Shown here one piece after another: positions 42,284 through 45,657 of a stretch of DNA of 45,657 bases. Source of the stretch: a virus (Duplodnaviria > Caudoviricetes); the IMG/VR virus record IMGVR_UViG_3300044971_001645, positions 1-45,657 of that record. One strand, written 5' to 3'. The notes under the pieces are model-generated. The model did not search any database, was not told the DNA's origin, and worked only from the letters and a program-made list of their open reading frames with translations. How positions within the stretch are numbered: the stretch's first letter is position 1; each line of letters opens with the position of its first letter. The translations under genes and the position numbers were made by a program.

Positions 42284-42427
42284 ATGACTGACCAACAAAT
42301 CGCCGTCGCCGCCGTCGTTGTAGCCGCCGGCTCCGAACTGATTGGCATGAGCAAGCTGAAGTCCAACAGCTGGATCCAGCTGGTGCTTCAAGCTTTGCGA
42401 CTCGCGTTTCCAAAACGTCGCCGCTAA
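42284..42427 (+). CDS. Putative holin, 47 aa (not in ORF track)
   Basis: MTDQQIAVAAVVVAAGSELIGMSKLKSNSWIQLVLQALRLAFPKRRR; directly upstream of the endolysin, with a basic C-terminus. Confidence 0.7.
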   Translation: MTDQQIAVAAVVVAAGSELIGMSKLKSNSWIQLVLQALRLAFPKRRR

Positions 42428-42446
42428 TCCACGCGAGGGCCTTGTC

Positions 42447-43574
42447 ATGGCAAACAACAAACTCCGCCTCGGCGACCTGTTCCGGTTCTACAAAGGGCTG
42501 CCTCACCAGATGGCGGCCATCACCGAACTGGAGCAAGCCATCAACAAGGCCAACCCCCACATCTTGGGCCGGGACCAAGGCTGGTTCAAAACTTGGAGTG
42601 TTGCCGGTAAACAAACCAATTTCCCCAACAGCTGGGAAGGAATCCTCGAAGCCGCCCGCGTTGCCGGAGCAAAATTCCCAGAACTTGTAGCCGCCCAATG
42701 GGCACTGGAATCCAGTTACGGAAAACTAGTTTCAGGCAGAAACAATTTTTTTGGCCTTAAAGGCGAAGGCAGCGACAAGAAAACCCAAGAATTTATTAAC
42801 GGACAGTGGATCACGATCACCGACAGCTTTATTGATTTCCCCGATTTACTGTCCTGTGTAATGTACCTAGTCGACCACTGGTACAAAGATTACAAAAACT
42901 ACAAAGGGTGCAACAACGCTGCAACCCGCGAGGAAGCTGCCAAGTGGTTACATAAAGAAGGTTACGCCACCGACCCCAATTACCCCGGCAAGCTGATCGA
43001 GCTGATGGACCAGCACGCTGGCACGAAACCCCTCGTCAATCCAAAAGAAAAAATCCTCAAGGTTGCCTACGAATACCAGCTAGGTCCAGACGATGGAGCC
43101 ACTGGTTACCGCCAATGCTTCAGCTCCAGCTGCGCAATGGTCGCCCGCTACTACGGCAAGATCTCAGGCGATTACGAGTACAACAAGATCCGCGCCCGTT
43201 TTGGTGATACCACCGACCCCAAAGCGCAAATTGCCGCACTGAAATCACTGGGATTCACCGCCACCTTCGAAATGGATGGCACAGTCGAGGACCTAGAAAC
43301 CGAAATCGCCCACGGTCATCCAGTTCCTGTGGGCTGGTTACACAAAGGTCCAGTCAACGACCCAAGCGGCACGGGCCACTGGAGCGTAGTCGTGGGATTT
43401 ACGCCAACCCACTTCATCCACAACGACCCATTCGGCGAGGCCAACCTGTCTACTGGCGGCTACGTCAGTAACAAAGGAGGCGCCGGTGTCGCTTATTCCC
43501 GCAAAAACTGGCTTCCTCGTTGGCTCATCGAAGGCAACGACACAGGCTGGTTCATGAAAATCCGCCCAAAGTGA
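42447..43574 (+). CDS. Endolysin: GH73 glucosaminidase + C39-like peptidase
   Basis: AQWALES, NNFFGLKG, GYATDPNY (GH73); QCFSSSCAM, GHWSVVVG, NDPFG (C39). Confidence 0.9.
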   Translation: MANNKLRLGDLFRFYKGLPHQMAAITELEQAINKANPHILGRDQGWFKTWSVAGKQTNFPNSWEGILEAARVAGAKFPELVAAQWALESSYGKLVSGRNNFFGLKGEGSDKKTQEFINGQWITITDSFIDFPDLLSCVMYLVDHWYKDYKNYKGCNNAATREEAAKWLHKEGYATDPNYPGKLIELMDQHAGTKPLVNPKEKILKVAYEYQLGPDDGATGYRQCFSSSCAMVARYYGKISGDYEYNKIRARFGDTTDPKAQIAALKSLGFTATFEMDGTVEDLETEIAHGHPVPVGWLHKGPVNDPSGTGHWSVVVGFTPTHFIHNDPFGEANLSTGGYVSNKGGAGVAYSRKNWLPRWLIEGNDTGWFMKIRPK

Positions 43575-43576
43575 TC

Positions 43577-43798
43577 ATGCACCCCATCGAACACAGCACC
43601 GAGTCCAACTTCCACAAGGCCGCAACAGACCAGTGGCTAGTTGACTTGTTCAACCGCCAAGACTACCGCGCCCTTCTTGAAGCCGCCTTGGTACTGAACA
43701 CACTTCACCAGCTGGAACGAACAAAATCGGCCTGGGCTATCCGCGAAGCCGCCGATAACCTGGCCGATCAATTCGGACTAGACCGCGACTCGGCCTAG
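43577..43798 (+). CDS. Hypothetical protein
   Basis: 73 aa starting just after the endolysin; converges with the minus-strand arm. Confidence 0.7.
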   Translation: MHPIEHSTESNFHKAATDQWLVDLFNRQDYRALLEAALVLNTLHQLERTKSAWAIREAADNLADQFGLDRDSA

Positions 43799-43968
43799 TT
43801 CTGGTTGTACTTCTGGTACAGCCCGGTGTACGTATGGTGCTGCGGATGCTCGGGATTGGAGCGTCCATCCCACTCGTACAACTTTTCGAGCAGTTCCATC
43901 CGAGAGTGATCAACGATCACCTGCCCCCAGTTTTGGCGTGCCCACTCAGCGAGTTCAGGCTTGCTCAT
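43795..43968 (-). CDS. Hypothetical protein (DGR....HP.H..YTGL motif)
   Basis: 57 aa from ATG 43968. Confidence 0.7.
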   Translation of the reverse strand: MSKPELAEWARQNWGQVIVDHSRMELLEKLYEWDGRSNPEHPQHHTYTGLYQKYNQN

Positions 43969-44272
43969 TTTTACTTTCCACAAGTTTGAGACGACGCCGG
44001 GCCGATTCTTTCGGACCATTGTTCGAGCGCACCAGCCTAGGCTTTTTCGCCACGGCATCCGGCACTTCGACCTTGCAATTCGGGTAACGATTTGCAGCAA
44101 ACGTCAAAGCCTGCTGGAGCGACTCCGCTCGAATCAAGTCCCGCATTGCTCCTTGCCCAGGCAACCAAATTTTCAACTCAAACAAAGCAGTTTTCGGCGC
44201 ACTAGTTCGTGAACGACCTTCACCGAGACGAACTTCAGGGTCGAGTTGCTGCTGGAACGGAGTTACTTCCAT
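43955..44272 (-). CDS. Hypothetical protein
   Basis: 105 aa; LGEGRSRT, AES..QAL.FA.NRYP. Confidence 0.72.
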   Translation of the reverse strand: MEVTPFQQQLDPEVRLGEGRSRTSAPKTALFELKIWLPGQGAMRDLIRAESLQQALTFAANRYPNCKVEVPDAVAKKPRLVRSNNGPKESARRRLKLVESKNEQA

Positions 44273-44481
44273 GATTTGGGGTAGGCGGGTTCATCGACGC
44301 TATGAACAGCAACGTGGCTGTTAGTGCACTCAGCAACAGCTCTCGCCGCAGCGACAGCACGTTCATATGTAATCCAGCTGGATGCGTCTTCCTTGGATGC
44401 GGTGAGACCAATTCCTTTGCCAGGGCCGTAAACCGCCGTAACCCAGCGATCCTCAACCATGACGACATAGCGCGTCATCAC
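44263..44481 (-). CDS. Hypothetical protein
   Basis: 72 aa downstream of a GCTAAACT element. Confidence 0.7.
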   Translation of the reverse strand: MMTRYVVMVEDRWVTAVYGPGKGIGLTASKEDASSWITYERAVAAARAVAECTNSHVAVHSVDEPAYPKSWK

Positions 44482-44555
44482 TTCAAATAAATTACTGTGT
44501 AAGCCTAGTAAGTTTAGCCCACTGGAACCAGACTATGAAGACATTTCACTAAGTC

Positions 44556-44831
44556 TCATGCGTCTTGTCCTGACCCACTTCCTTCTTGCTTGGAGCGCAT
44601 CCTTCCCTGCACCCGCCGTTGCACCGACTCCGCCCAAGCCGCCTTATCAGCAGCCTCTGCAGCCTTGTAATCCGACGTTGGAACAGCTTTCTCCAAGGCG
44701 GCGTAAACCATATCTCGCAACATTCCAGTTACCCGCTTGCCTTCGCTGGCTGCAAGCTGCTCCGCCAATTTGTACCGATGGCTGTCCAGCAGCAACTGGC
44801 AGTAAATTTTTGACCCGTGCTTCAGCGGCAT
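44556..44831 (-). CDS. Ribbon-helix-helix-like DNA-binding protein
   Basis: KIYCQLLLD (strand), RYKLAEQLAASEG (helix), RVTGMLRDMVYAALE (helix). Confidence 0.65.
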   Translation of the reverse strand: MPLKHGSKIYCQLLLDSHRYKLAEQLAASEGKRVTGMLRDMVYAALEKAVPTSDYKAAEAADKAAWAESVQRRVQGRMRSKQEGSGSGQDA

Positions 44832-44874
44832 TGCTGCTTCTCTAGTCTGCTACACAATAGCATACTGCGACACA

Positions 44875-45090
44875 CTAGACCCGCCACCGCACGTCATCAT
44901 CCACATCCTTCCGCCAAGCATTGGATTGTGCCGCCCGAGCACTGGAACGCTGCTTGGTACAGCCCTTCCGAATACCCCGCGCCCACTCCAAAAATGCTGC
45001 AGCCCGATGCAAATCCGCAGTCTTCGCCTGCCTAATCTCCCGCATCAGCCACTCCATCACAAGTTCCCTACCTGTGCGGCTGCGACTCAT
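44875..45090 (-). CDS. Small basic hypothetical protein
   Basis: 71 aa with ATGA coupling. Confidence 0.7.
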   Translation of the reverse strand: MSRSRTGRELVMEWLMREIRQAKTADLHRAAAFLEWARGIRKGCTKQRSSARAAQSNAWRKDVDDDVRWRV

Positions 45091-45257
45091 AAGACTAAAT
45101 CTGAGACTCGTAAGATCGACTGGACATGCTGGTCAGGGCAAAGCTCCAGTGCCTTCATCCTCGCGGCGAAAGCATCTGGAGCAGTAACAAACAGATCGTG
45201 AGTACCACCGTGACGCGGGTGCATCCGCACGCGGTACTCGATCTGTTCTTGGTTCAC
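45087..45257 (-). CDS. Hypothetical protein, 56 aa (not in ORF track)
   Basis: MNQEQIEYRVRMHPRHGGTHDLFVTAPDAFAARMKALELCPDQHVQSILRVSDLVL; GTGA overlap with the polA stop. Confidence 0.65.
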   Translation of the reverse strand: MNQEQIEYRVRMHPRHGGTHDLFVTAPDAFAARMKALELCPDQHVQSILRVSDLVL

Positions 45258-45657
45258 TTTGCCTGATCCCAGCTATCCCCGACCTTAGCTTCGGCAAGCG
45301 GCGGAATATCACCCAACCACTTGGCCTCACACTCCTCCATCACTGACTGGAGCTGGAGCGCCCAGGTGTCTGCGTGTTCTTCAGCGACGAGCAGGATGAT
45401 CTCGTCATGCACCACGCCGGCCAAACGCACCACGTCCTCCCCGTCGGCGTGGAGTAACGGCCACAGCTTGCCGAGCGTAAGTTTGAGGACTGCTGCACCA
45501 GCCCCCTGGATTGGGGTGTTACAGCGCGTGGTGAGTTTGTTGTTCTCGCCCGGTAAAAACCGCCGCAAGCCCGAGATGCGTATGCGGATAGATGGATTGT
45601 CCTTAGCCGCATCAGCATCGCGAGCATTTTTGCGCTGCCATGCGGAGATGCCTTTAT
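45254..45657 (-). CDS. polA: DNA polymerase family A, C-terminal part
   Basis: NTPIQGAGA and motif C VHDEI; in frame with 1-1524 across the circular join. Confidence 0.95.
   Translation of the reverse strand, partial: KGISAWQRKNARDADAAKDNPSIRIRISGLRRFLPGENNKLTTRCNTPIQGAGAAVLKLTLGKLWPLLHADGEDVVRLAGVVHDEIILLVAEEHADTWALQLQSVMEECEAKWLGDIPPLAEAKVGDSWDQAK
45557..45657. repeat. Terminal overlap, identical to 1-101
   Basis: Exact 101-nt match. Confidence 0.97.

Noticed and set aside
45557-45657. 101-bp end repeat as a biological direct terminal repeat
   Set aside because: It falls in the middle of polA and has the form of an assembler overlap. It shows circularity, not the virion ends.

Overview
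This window is an apparently complete, circularly assembled tailed dsDNA phage genome of about 45,556 bp. Bases 1-101 are repeated exactly at 45557-45657. The layout is siphovirus-type. A minus-strand replication/early arm wraps the window ends and carries a family A DNA polymerase split across the origin (only its C-terminus is in the ORF track), a dCTP deaminase, DUF3310, small Zn/HTH proteins and a prim-pol/PriCT-2/SF4-like helicase. A divergent SSB plus PD-(D/E)XK exonuclease unit ends in a GCCATTCAT repeat cluster. An island of small genes with sigma70-type promoters surrounds a probable terminase small subunit. Then come terminase large subunit, portal, scaffold, major capsid, neck, tail tube, a frameshifting tail chaperone, tape measure, lambda M/L/K/J-like tip genes, two extra tube-fold genes, two receptor-binding modules and a lysis cassette (holin-like genes, antisense HNH, GH73 + C39 endolysin). 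No integrase, repressor pair, tRNA, CRISPR array or photosynthesis gene was recognised, so a lytic lifestyle is likely. The gene families resemble those of picocyanobacterial (Synechococcus/Cyanobium) phages, but the host is an inference. The most unusual features are: (1) an oriented 9-mer array beside the exonuclease, near an apparent change in strand skew; (2) a micro-cassette array whose boundary repeat carries an RBS and ATG; (3) a short-spacer TTGAC-N6/7-TANNNT motif upstream of both replication enzymes; and (4) two divergent ORFs starting in a single CATG. All protein calls come from motif recognition by eye, not database searches.
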